A DNA stretch of 64,000 nt from Eledone cirrhosa (taxonomy: Eukaryota): the NCBI GenBank assembly GCA_964016885.1, contig OZ024740.1:393514001-393578000 (forward strand), given 5' to 3'. The notes beneath the pieces were generated by a model. That model searched no databases, was not told the origin of the DNA, and saw only the letters and a list, made by a program, of their open reading frames with translations. This document shows positions 28,512 through 39,970 of this stretch, piece by piece. The stretch's first letter is position 1; each line of letters begins with the position of its first letter. The translations under genes were made by a program, and so were the position numbers.

Positions 28512-29214
28512 ATTGGGAGAGGAAATGGTGTATATATTTTATCAAATGATTCTATGGACATACTTTATGATATATTGCTCTGATTATTTAATTTATTAAT
28601 TCTTTATTGAGCCACATTGTGAATGGTTGCCACATATATATCTGTGACTTTGTTTAGTTTGTGTATATGTAAATCTTTATATTTAATAATCTCCCATTAG
28701 GTTGAGATGCAATTTGGGCAATATTGGGCTGCGCTTTCTAGCAACCAGCCCAATCGCCGTAAGCAACCAATCACATTCTTTCTAACTTGACCACTGCCAC
28801 GTCACGATTCTTAGCCATTTTGAATCTGTTTCTGGTGGGGATCGTTTTGGAAAATTGCCTGTCCTATGAGTTTGTTTCCTGACGAGTTCGAAACTCGAGA
28901 TTTTATCCTTAATAGGATATCTCAAAACCCGAGGGTAGAGACATAATCATGGTAAGAGTGTACGCATTTCTTCTAACTTTAATTCTATACCTAATTGTGT
29001 ATGGTTGACGGTATATTTAGTCGATTTCTACATGCTGTTGAAATGTTGGGTAAAAATTCTATTGCGGTCAGCCATGAAGAGGCTGCTGTCGTTTATTTAT
29101 CAAATATTTCTTCATAGGAGCCTGGTCTAATTGATTTTTTATGTGGTTAATTATGCTAATTGGGAGAGGAAATGGTGTATATATTTTATCAAATGATTCT
29201 ATGGACATACTTTA

Positions 29215-29222
<8 letters not shown>
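28512..29222 (+). mobile_element. Terminally redundant 647-bp non-coding unit (solo pLTR-like) in (TA)n
   Basis: A direct repeat of about 64 bp (attgggagaggaaatgg...tttatgatatat) occurs at 28512-28575 and 29159-29222, with (TA)n on both flanks. Inside are two CCAAT boxes, CTGACGA..GAAAC words and a GTAAG donor-like site. Strand is inferred from these motifs. Confidence 0.6.
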
Positions 29223-29251
<29 letters not shown>

Positions 29252-29409
29252 AAATGAAGAGATCAAATTAAATCCATTTTTTAATAATTATGATCGTTTG
29301 TATACAGGCGATAATCGCACATATGTAAACAACAAATCAGCTAATTACATTCCTCACTGTCATCAACACATAACTTTAACCTTCAGAACAGTATTTTTTT
29401 TGTTTCGAA

Positions 29410-29595
29410 ATCCTAATGTGCTGAGGGCTTTAAGCATGGGGGCTCATGGATATGTTACTAATTGCCTAAGTACAAATCTTGAGAAGCTGGGCTTCACAGA
29501 ATCAGAAAGATCACAGCTGGTAGAAAGTTGCAAGTACAGTACATTAATGGAACTGTAAAAATATGTAAAACATTAAAAGAATTTAGCATGTAATA
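29410..29595 (+). mobile_element. RLE-type non-LTR C-terminal fragment
   Basis: MGAHGYVTNCLSTNLEKLGF..LQVQYINGTVKICKT resembles the C-terminus of RLE elements. Confidence 0.5.
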
Positions 29596-31329
29596 ACTGC
29601 ATATACACATGTATAGATACAGAAACATATGCATGTGTATAACTCAAAATACACAGATCCACACATAGAATAACATCCATATCTGCATGCGCATGAACAC
29701 AATACACACACACATGTATTTACTTAGTTGATATCGAAATTCCAATGAAAGACTCTTGTTTCTATGTTAGAAACTGGCTCTCTCCCTCTATTGGTAAACA
29801 ATTGTAAAATAATAAAATCAGAAGAACATACAATGTGTGTACATACTGTACATACATACAATACATATACTTACAACACACACATGCACATACATATACT
29901 TACACACACTCACATACATACATTGCTGATTCATGATAATCTCTGAAGAAAAAGGATCAGAAATTGTGAGATGTTGATCATTATTTTTATATTCTCCATC
30001 GGTAAATAAATAGAGAGGAAAATTGCAAGCTATTCGAAAAAGTCAGGGCTGGTTAACAATGTAGTTAGATAGGCATGAAATATAACAGTCTTTTTCTTCA
30101 AGAGAAACAAAGATTCCTTCATACCACTATATGGCTTAAGGAGTATGGTTGGCATGGTTCAGTGGGAGGAGGGGGATCGGAAGAGAAAGAAACAGAGAAA
30201 ACAAAGCTTGATCTGTAGAGAGAAAAGGAAAGAGAGGAAGCTCTTCTGCATGTCAGTGGTGGTGTAATTTCAGCTGTTTTTGTAATTACCTGAATTTCTT
30301 TTGGGCTGGAGATGTACACACACACATATGAGAAAGATAAAGAGAGAGAAAGAGACAGCTGTAGAATACAGGGGAGAGATAGAGCTGCTAAACCAATCCC
30401 AAAATGACTGGCTGGTAAGCAGTTTGAAATAAACCAGCTGTTCCTGTCAAGGTTTCTTGGGGAAGTAAACACCATACAATTAGGAATTTAGCAAATTGGA
30501 GCCTCAGAAAATGTGTGAGAAAATGTTGGTGATGCTTCAGTAAGGGGCCGTTTATAGGGGTCACCGATAAAAGGTGCTGTAAATAAATGGCAGAGCAACA
30601 GAAAAGGAAAGAAAAAGATAGAGTACTATATGAGGAAATAGAAACAGACTAAAGTTGAGTTATAAGAGGTGTGTATATGCATACATGTGAGGGTGTGTAT
30701 GCGTCTTCATTCAAGCAATAAGATGGGCAAGAACACAGAATAGTAAGTCATTTTTAAGTGGTTATATATATAGTTAAGATTTGGATAATTTACAAGAATT
30801 TGAACGCAAACCACATTTAGCACTCAATGCAATCAATTGGTTAACGAAATGAAATCCACAGAATATACATATAAAATTCCATTAGTAACATAAATCCAGG
30901 AACACAATTTTATATGGTGAATTGGAACATGCAATTTCAGAGTATAAACCCCCCCCCCTGAAGAGTTCAGTATAACATCCATTTATTACATAATGATCAT
31001 TTCTGTAACAGTTTTGCTCCCAGCTGCAGTGTTATATAATGATTTGCACAATAAAAATTGCATAGCTATTTGCAGTTGGACTCAAAAGAAATTTGTCACA
31101 TCATAACAGATATAAAACAGGACTGATATTAAAATCAATATGTTGCTGAGTTTAATAACAATGTTGTTTCTCTATCCCCCTCAGAATACATTAAAAATAT
31201 GGAAATATATAAATAAAGGTAGAGGCAGAAGGAAAGGAGAAATGAAGAGAAGAAGCATGAGAAATAGATAGAAATTGTAGAGTGGGTAGAATAGGGTTGC
31301 TTATCAGTTATCCTATATACTATAGTGGA

Positions 31330-31890
31330 TGTAAAGTCATCGATTCTTTACTCTGAAGACCTTTCAGAGGAACCCAATTTCAGCCACTTGTATTCATGAT
31401 TGTATTCTTTCAGTTATTACCCAAATTTCATGTCCATAGGTAAGGGTAGGCATGAACACTGAATTGAAGATAGCGAGTTTGGGTTTTACAGCAACCTCCT
31501 TCCTTCTGACGTCCATGTGCTGAAGTTAGTGCATTACTGCACTAGCTCCTGCAATTCTTGTATTTAATTCACTCACCTGCATGATTTTCATTCCTACTGT
31601 GTAGCACTCAGCAGCAAACCTAACCAGTACATGTTGGACATTACCGTCTGACAAGTTAAGTAGTATCATGTAGTCTGCAAATTGCAGTCGACTGGTCTTA
31701 CACCTACTAGTTTTGATACCACTTCCAGCCCAGCTTCTCATGTCAATCCTGTTTATGAAGTTTGTGAATATGAAAGGTGACAGGATGCATCCTTCACCAA
31801 TTCTGACACCCACATTAAATGTTTTCGACAGCACCATTTATCTGAACACAAATACTAGGGCATTTGTATAGGGACTTCAAGGCAACAATG
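31330..31890 (-). mobile_element. RTE LINE RT fragment
   Basis: FNVGVRIGEGCILSPFIF...LQFADYMILL..RFAAEC..VGMKI. Confidence 0.75.
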
Positions 31891-32223
31891 TATACATGCA
31901 TGCAATCACATGTGTAAGCGCATACCTTCATAGACACATGTATGACAAAGAAAAGCCTCTCATTACTCCTTATTTCTCAAATATTTACCTTATTATTATT
32001 ATTATTATTGGCGACCTACGTAGTAAATCGTATCATAGTGAGCTCCGCAAAGGTTTGTTGTTTTCGTTTGTTAAAAATTGCCATTTATGGAAATTTTTTA
32101 TTGTTAACTGTATATAAGCGCACATACATTGTTTTCCGAAAAGGACACTCAAAAAGATTGGGGCCTTGAGCCCAAAATTTAAACTTTTACAATTATCAAA
32201 CAAAAATTTTTCTTTGAAACATC

Positions 32224-34092
32224 ATGGCTGACTCACATTCACTCCTTTCTCACAAACTAACACCTCACACCGACACAACCATTGTAAATATTACTACGTT
32301 TGCCAACACTAAAGATATAAGCAGTAACAATATTTTAAATTTGTCTCAGGCAGACATTCATTTCCCGCCATTACCAATGACTGCAGGTGTTAAAGCCGCC
32401 ACCACCACCACCACCACCACCACCACCGCGACAACAGAAACAAAAGAAAAAAATAAATTAACTTGTGATATCGAAATGAATTCAACCAAAATGAACTCTT
32501 CCACACCGAACACCACTGAAACTAAAATTAATAATAACAAAAATAACGATAACAACAACAGCAACAATGACATTAAGAAAACCACCCTGAGTTTTGCCAG
32601 AGTAGCAAAACAGTGCAAAGCATTTCAGGTAACTCAGGAGGAATTAGAAGAAGCAAAAAAAATGGTAAAGAAAGATGGGTACAGGGTCAGCCTCACCCCC
32701 CACCTAATAAAATGGAGCATCGGCGCCTATGCACCGTGTCTTATCGAACAATTAATATAAAATCGCGCCGAGTGGAACGGGCACCCGAGCCCCAAATCCA
32801 AAAAGCTTTGGGACATGTGTGGGCAAAAAAACACAACATCAGACGTGGGCAGAAGTATGGAACCGTGGACGTGTTCTTTGAAACACCACAGGAGGCTAGA
32901 GAACACTCCATGGCCCCATTAAGAAGTGACGACTTCACACTCGTCCCAAGCTATTGTGGCCAGAGACTCGTAAAGATCAGGGTGACCTACGTTCCACCGG
33001 GCATCGAAATTCCCTGGCTAATAGCTGCCGTCCTCGCCGGCATCGAAGCCAACACCAAGATAATAGAAATAGCGAAAGAAAAGCAGGAGAACTGGTCCGG
33101 ATCTGGGATGGAGCTCCTGATCCAAGCGGACCAAAAAAGCATTGAGGAGATCCCAGAGGTAATAGACCTCACTGACGGCAGCCACCTCACCGTAATTGTC
33201 GAGGGCAGACGGCCTAGGTGTGTCGTTTGTGGTGAAGGAACCCACCTAAGGGCTTTCTGCCCTCAGGCTAAAAGGATGAGGCCACCTCTCCTACCCACCC
33301 CAGTCACTCAACCATCAACACCACCAGCAGCAACAACTGTAGCAGCAACAACAGAAGCAACTGTAACAGCAACAGTAGCAAAACCAACACCACCACCACC
33401 AAACGCGCCAGAATTAACACCAGCGCCTACACCATCCACCACGCCACAATCAAAACTAACGCCTGTGGAGGATTTTCCACTCCCCGGCCTATCACAACTG
33501 GAGACAGATTGTGACGACGAGGAGTGGGAAACGGTATCAGGAAAAAAGAAAAAGAGAAACCAAAAAAGAAAAAAATTCTCTTCCTTCCCCCTCCAAAAAC
33601 AAAATACAGAGGGAAACAAATAAACTATCAAACAAAAAAGTTAGGACAGACATGCCACCATCCACACCAGCATCACCAACCCCATCACCATCATTAACCC
33701 CAACACCACAATCACCTATACCACAAAAGTCACCAAAATGCGAAACAGAAACAAACCCACAACAAACGCAAACAAAACAAAACAACCAAAAAGATACACA
33801 CTACACAGCATTAAATTTGAACAACAACCAATTATTACACTACATCCAACACAACACCAGCATCACAGAAAAAGACTACACAACAACCCAAAAATTCACA
33901 CCACCTCCACACATACAAATCACTCGCATCACACAGAAAACGTACATGACACTAAAACAAAAATTCCCCAAAGACATCGGAGACTTCCGACAAACACTCT
34001 CCAGGAGGATTTATAAGGACATCCTTCCTGAGAAGGCAACAAGCAGTAAAAAGGATGGAGAAACCGTCCTTCCTCTACGAGAAGTAAGGTAA
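32224..34092 (+). pseudogene. LINE ORF1 (gag-like, zinc knuckle, Pro/Thr-rich), split by frameshifts
   Basis: ORFs 32224-32760 (SFARVAK), 32613-33623 (VEGRRPRCVVCGEGTHLRAFC; WETVSGKKKKR) and 33511-34092 overlap in different frames. Confidence 0.75.
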
Positions 34093-34126
34093 GTGGTCTT
34101 TCCCATCTTTTCCACTCCATTTCAAC

Positions 34127-37100
34127 ATGACCTCACTCAGAATAGGCAGCATAAATGCGCGTGGCTTGGGGTCGACATGGAAGCAGGGCCACCTGCTCAA
34201 CGACCTCAGGTCACTAAACATAGATGTAGTGGCCATCAGCGAGACCAGAATCTCCGAAGCACGGGCCTTCGGCGGCTACGATGTGTACGCATCTCCCAGC
34301 CGTCTGGGATCGGGGGGAGGAGTTGCTGTGCTTTTTCGGAGAGGTTTGGATCTTGCCATACGGGCCATCTTCCTGGACCCAGAAGGTAAGTTGGTGGTGC
34401 TGGACGTGACCAGCGGAGACGGGCAAGCTTTCAGGTTAGTGGCCGTCTATGCCCCGACAGGAGCAGCGCGGCCTGATTTCTTCCAGCGTCTGGAGACCTT
34501 TCTTGGAACATCCCGCTTTTTAGTGTTAGTGGATTGGGGATGAGGGTGCAAGAGTCTCACCAACCTGCTCAGGCGTTTTGAACTGTCTGACAGGTACCGA
34601 TTGGATTTCCCGAATGTGCCAATGTGGACTTGGACAAATCGCATAGGGTCATTCAGATCATATCTAGATAGAGTATTTTGTAGGGAAATAGATAGGTCTA
34701 GCATAGGCTGTCCACAATTCAAGATAGTCAGCTACACTGACCACAAATTCGTGATCTGTGTGCTTGACTTAGATAGGCTTCATAGACGAGGACCCGGCTA
34801 CTGGAAGCTAAATGCGTCCTTACCAGTGAGCAAGGCCTACAGAGACCGGATTAGCGAACTAGTTAAGCGAGCGTTGACGGGGGCCATCGTCAACAACAAG
34901 TGGTGGTTTGCTCTGAAAAGAGCAATTAGAATAGAGTCCATTAGGTTTAGTAAGGCTTTAGCAATAGAGAAAAATAGAGCAGAGGGAGAATTAGTTAGAA
35001 AATTAGACGAGGCGTTTAGCAAAGGCATCGCGACCGACGTACTTGCTGCGAAATTGGCCCTTGACCAATTCTTCAATGCAAAGCACGAAGGCTGCGTTGT
35101 CAGAGCTAGGGTGCGTGCTCTCAGACACGAGGGGACGAAAGCCGTTCAATGGGCACGAGTGGCGGAGGTGCGTCGTGGCAACAAAGCCAGGATCCGGTCT
35201 TTGGTGGACCACGACGGGCGCATGCTACTCGATCCCGGGCAAATGTGTGAAGCTTTTCAGCGACACTTCGCACAGCTGTTCGGGGGCAGCGGCGGGCCGG
35301 ATCGAAGGATGGACTTTAGTGTCTACCTCGACGGACTGCCGCAGCTCTCGGCCACTGAGGCGGAGTGTTGCGAAAAGTCGATAACAGCCGCTGAAGTACG
35401 GGAGGCAATGACTGGCTGCACAAGGGGTAAATCGCCTGGTTTGGATGGTCTGCCCTATGAACTTTACGTACAGATGCCAGACTTGTTCGGAGGCCTCTTG
35501 GCGAACGTCTACTGCAACTGGCAACAGAACGGGAGAATTCCCAGCTGTGTGAGGCGAGGAGCTGTGGCGCTGCTGAGAAAGGATCCAAACAAGGGGGATA
35601 ACATAGATAATTTCAGGCCCATAACTCTGCTAAACACAGAGTTCAAGATTTTGGCCAAGGTGCTAGCAAAGAGGTTGGCGCTTATCGTTGTTGGTCTGGT
35701 AGGAGAGGCGCAGACGCGCGCCATTCCCGACAGATCCATCCACGACAACCTCCACCTCATGCGATACATCGTAGAGAGGGTAGCTAGGGAACCTGGCACA
35801 TGTGGGTCCTTGATCAATTTAGATCAGTCGAAAGCCTTCGATAGGGTCGACCATCGTTACCTAGCGGCAGTCCTGAGGGCGGCTGGCTTTGGGCCCGTCT
35901 TCAGAGGCTGGATCGCTGCCATGCACAGCGACATCTGCTCTGTGGTGAGAGTGAATGGTTACCTTTCAACATCATGCGCTCGGTCCGCCAAGGATGTCCC
36001 CTCTCGTCCCTCTTGTACGTATTGACTCTCGAGCCATTACTGCACAAAGTAAAGATGTTGAGGGGGGTCCCCTGCGAACTAGGATGCGGAATATCCGTGT
36101 CAGCATATGCGGATGATGTCACCGTAGTGGTGTCGAACGCCAAACACATCGAGGCGATCGGCACTACACTAAGAGAATACGAAGCGGTGACAGGAGCAAT
36201 GATCAACCAGGAAAAGTCAGTGGGCCTGCAGCTCGGCACCTGGAGAGGCAGGTCCATGCTGTCCAACAGCGTCGTCGGGCGCTGGACAGACGGACCGGTT
36301 AAATTGTTAGGGGTCTGGTTCGGTCCGGACCTCCAGACGGACAAAAACTGGGGCGAGGTGACGAGCAGGGTGGCTTCTCTCACCCAGAAATGGGTGGAGA
36401 GGAAGCTATCCCTGAAAGGTCGAGCGAAGGTGGCTAACGCATACATCGCGTCCGTCATCTACTACCGCCTGACCGTGTCCTAAGCCCCGCCTGACTGCGC
36501 TGGAGCGTTTGCTCTTTCGCTTTTTGTGGAAGGGAAACGCTCTGATGGTCAGGCGGTCCATCTGCTGTCAACACCCACTACGTGGAGGGCTGGGCATGCC
36601 GTGGCTGATGATGTGCAGACACGCGCTCAGGCTACGACATCTCCACCTCTTCCTCGACGGTGATCAGGTGTGGTCGCCGTTTGCTAGATGCGTCTTTCCC
36701 CAGCTCGTCTTCTTAACGGAGCTGCAGTCCTGGGTCAAGCAAAGACCGAGAGGGAGCGCTTGGAGACTGGAATGTCTTCAGGCGCTCACAGCACTCGACC
36801 AATCGGGCAATGTGATCGGTGGAAACTCCACCTTGGCGTTCTATAGAGGATTAATGGAGGGGAAGAGCGACGACGTACTTGGAGAAACTCTTTTGGGCCG
36901 GGGCCTATGGACAACTTCCAGAAATTCCTGGTCTGGCAGTGCTACCAAGGAGCTTTGCCAGTTCGGGATAAACTCTACAGGCATGGAGGTGCCGTCAGCC
37001 GGGCATGTCTGAGATGCGCGCAGGGCGACGAAACTGTCCTGCACGTACTCGTCCAGTGTCCGAACATTGCTGACTTGTGGATTTATGTCGAACACCTGCT

Positions 37101-37422
37101 GTCACGTGTAGGACGGATCCAGCTATCAGCTGAGTCCATCGTGAGGACTGCCCCGCCCTCTTCCTTTAGCCGGGAAGGGCAGGCAGTTTTTATCTGTCTG
37201 GTGGCCATGGCGAAAGAGATAGTATGGTGGACACGTTTGAAAGGGCTGAAGACGAGCACTTATCTCTTCGGTGATGCCCTGATTAACTTTTTCAAATTTC
37301 ATTTGAAAAGGAAAATCAGGGTAGAGAGGGAAGTGCTCTCTTCCCAGCATTTTGTTGAAAGATGGGTGAGAGAAGCAAGTATGGCCCGAGTGAATGGGCC
37401 TACTCTGAGCATGTGTCTGTAA
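34127..37422 (+). pseudogene. LINE ORF2 (AP endonuclease, reverse transcriptase, CCHC), disrupted
   Basis: Motifs SINARGL, ISETR, VYAP, YLDRVF, TDH, GYWKLN, KSPGLDGLP, NFRPITLLN, LDQSKAFDRV, RQGCPLS, AYADDV and CLRC..ETVLHVLVQC are spread over five ORF pieces. Confidence 0.92.
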
Positions 37423-37688
37423 ATTAAAGGTGGAAAACTGGGAGAGGGCACTTGCCCTGGTGGTCAGGGTCACTGTGGTCTTTTAATGGGCTTTCTCCAC
37501 AAATGTCCCTCGGAAGTCTCCCCCCTATTGGGGAATTTTTCATTGTTATTTTTTATTACATCCTCTGTTTTTTTTACATGCAGAAATGCCCATTTGTACC
37601 ATCCTGTATTGTCCTGTACTGTCCTTAACGTCTACTTTATGTAAACCCTTGTGGTTAATAAAGAAAGCATTATTATTATTATTATTAT

Positions 37689-37813
37689 GCCGAGGTTAAC
37701 TTTGCCTTTCATCCTTACGGGGTCGATAAAATAAAGTACCAGTAATGCACTGGGTAATTGCTGGCCTTGTGCCTAAAGTAGAAACAATTATTATTATTAT
37801 TATTATTATTATT
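37689..37813 (+). mobile_element. 5'-truncated SINE family A copy abutting the Tx1 tail
   Basis: gccgaggttaactttgcctttcatccttacggggtcgataaaataaagtacc...gcctaaagtagaaac(att)n matches the 3' half of the copies at 10459 and 20157. Confidence 0.85.
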
Positions 37814-38210
37814 AACATCAGTATTATTTATAACATTAGTATCTTTAGGTTTAAAAGCATTAACTTTGTTTAACAAATGTTCCATATGTGGTAGCATGAT
37901 AATATTTAGCTAATTTAAAAAGCAAATAAGATTCCTGATTTTTTCATTATTTCTTCCCATCTTACTAAATGACATAATTAGATTATTTCTATTCTCTTTG
38001 CATACACCTGTAATTCACTTGAACATTGTCACATATTACCTTTGAGTTTCTATTTTTAAATACAATTTTTGCTTGTAATTTTTTCAAATTATTTATATTT
38101 GCATCCATGGATTGATATATCTCAGTTTCAGAAGATCTTGATAAGGGTGAAAGCAAAAATTGTTTCCTTAAACTTTTAATCTGTGCTAACAAATATTTGC
38201 TCTGAGGGTT

Positions 38211-38860
38211 CATCATCATCATCATCATCATCATCATTTTACGGCTGCCTTTCCCTGCTTGCAAGGGTGGGACGGGTCCTATTCAGCACAGCACCTCTCC
38301 ACTTGTTACGGTCCTTCGTCATCTCCTCAGTGAGTTTCACCGATCTGAGGTATGCTGACACCACCTCTGCCCATGTTTTTTGTGGTCTACTGCGTCTTCC
38401 TTCTACTGAGATTTCTTGGCACTTCTTTACCCTGTGGTCATCTTCCATGTGCATCACATGTCCATACCATCTCAGTCTTCTCTCCTGCACACCACAACTT
38501 AGCCCTCTTATACCCAGTTTCTTTCTCAACTGGTCTATGCTTGGTCGTTCACGCACATTGACATTGCACATCCAACGGCGCATACTTGCTTCATTTCTCT
38601 CTAGCTGTCGCATATCTTCTGCAGTTGCTGCCCATGTCTCATGACCATGCAGCATCATGCATCTCACACAGGTATCATATAACTGTCCTTTCGTATGCAG
38701 GGAGAAACCCTTCTTTGTCAACAGAGGAAGCAGCTCCCTAAACTTCTTCCAACCCGTCCTTATTCTAGATACTATGGCCTCGGAACACCCTCCGCCCATG
38801 TTAATCTGATCACCTAGGTACCGGAAGCTATAAACCACTTCTATAGAACCGACCTGCATT
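38211..38860 (-). mobile_element. RTE-clade LINE 3' fragment with (ATG)n tail
   Basis: ORF 38239-38859: SFRYLGD, GWKKFRELLPLL, MLHGHETW, RRLRWYGHV. (cat)n at about 38211-38237. Confidence 0.9.
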
Positions 38861-38914
38861 GGAAAAATGTATCTATCACTGCGATTACTACTGCGAACTT
38901 TCCCTGTACATCTA

Positions 38915-38916
<2 letters not shown>

Positions 38917-38974
<58 letters not shown>

Positions 38975-39632
38975 TATATATAATATATATATATATAATA
39001 TATATATATATAATATATATATATATAATATATATATATATAATATATATATATATAATATATATATATATAATATATATATATATAATATATATATATA
39101 TAATATATATATATAATATATATATATAATATATATATATATAATATATATATATAATATATATATATATAATATATATATATATAATATATATATATAT
39201 AATATATATATATATAATATATATATATAATATATATATATAATATATATATATATAATATATATATATATATAATATATATATATATATAATATATATA
39301 ATATATATATATATAATATATATATATATAATATATATATATATAATATATATATATATAATATATATATATATAATATATATATATATAATATATATAT
39401 ATATAATATATATATATATAATATATATATATATAATATATATATATATAATATATATATATATAATATATATATATATAATATATATATATAATATATA
39501 TATATATAATATATATATATAATATATATAATATATAATATATATAATATATAATATATATATATATTATATATATATATATAATATATATATATATAAT
39601 ATATATAATATATAATATATAATATATATATT
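38917..39632. repeat. About 715-bp A/T-only interrupted (TA)n microsatellite
   Basis: No G or C. TA runs are broken by an extra A mostly every 14-16 bp. Confidence 0.95.
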
Positions 39633-39635
39633 AAT

Positions 39636-39970
39636 GGAGGCACATGGCTTAGTGGTTAGAGCATTGGCCTTGCCATCAAAAGGTTGTGAGTTCAATTCTC
39701 AGACCGGGTGATGCGTTGTTTCCTTGAGCAAGACACTTTATTTCACATTGCTCCAGTTTACTCAGCTGTAGAAATGAGATGATAGGGATTGGGGTCCCTA
39801 TAATTCCACTGGAAAGTGGTCGTGGAGGTGCCACGGCAAAAAAGCACCCAGCACTCACTGTAAATGAGGTTGGTGTTAGGAAGGGCATCCAGCTGTAGAA
39901 ATCAAGCCAGAATTAGTTCCCGTCCCACGTTGCAAGCAGGGAAAAAGCGGACGTAAAATGAAATGATGAT
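39636..39970 (+). mobile_element. tRNA-derived SINE family B with RTE-type 3' tail
   Basis: A box TGGCTTAGTGG, B box GAGTTCAATTC, CORE-like ccttgagcaagacacttta, and tail cccgtcccacgttgcaagcagggaaaaagcggacgtaaaatga. A second copy is at 58016. Confidence 0.88.

Larger units (their letters stand above)
32010..37688 (+). mobile_element. Tx1/L1-clade non-LTR retrotransposon, near full length, with frameshifts
   Basis: ORF1 has a CCHC knuckle (CVVCGEGTHLRAFC). ORF2 has APE, RT and a C-terminal CCHC. AATAAA at 37657 is followed by an (ATT)n tail. (TTA)n lies immediately 5' (31990-32009). GC content is clearly higher than the flanks. Confidence 0.93.

Noticed and set aside
28875-28955. Canonical hammerhead at CTGACGAgttcGAAAC
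   Set aside because: The core words are present, but stem II, the UH site and stem I cannot be paired properly. Kept only as a motif note.
38859-39643. Long Ile/Tyr ORFs, and similar ORFs over (TA)n/(CA)n such as 52350-53051
   Set aside because: Translations of microsatellites, not genes.
39636-39710. tRNA gene at the SINE heads (also 58016)
   Set aside because: A and B boxes are present but continue into SINE body and tail. These are tRNA-derived heads, not standalone tRNAs.
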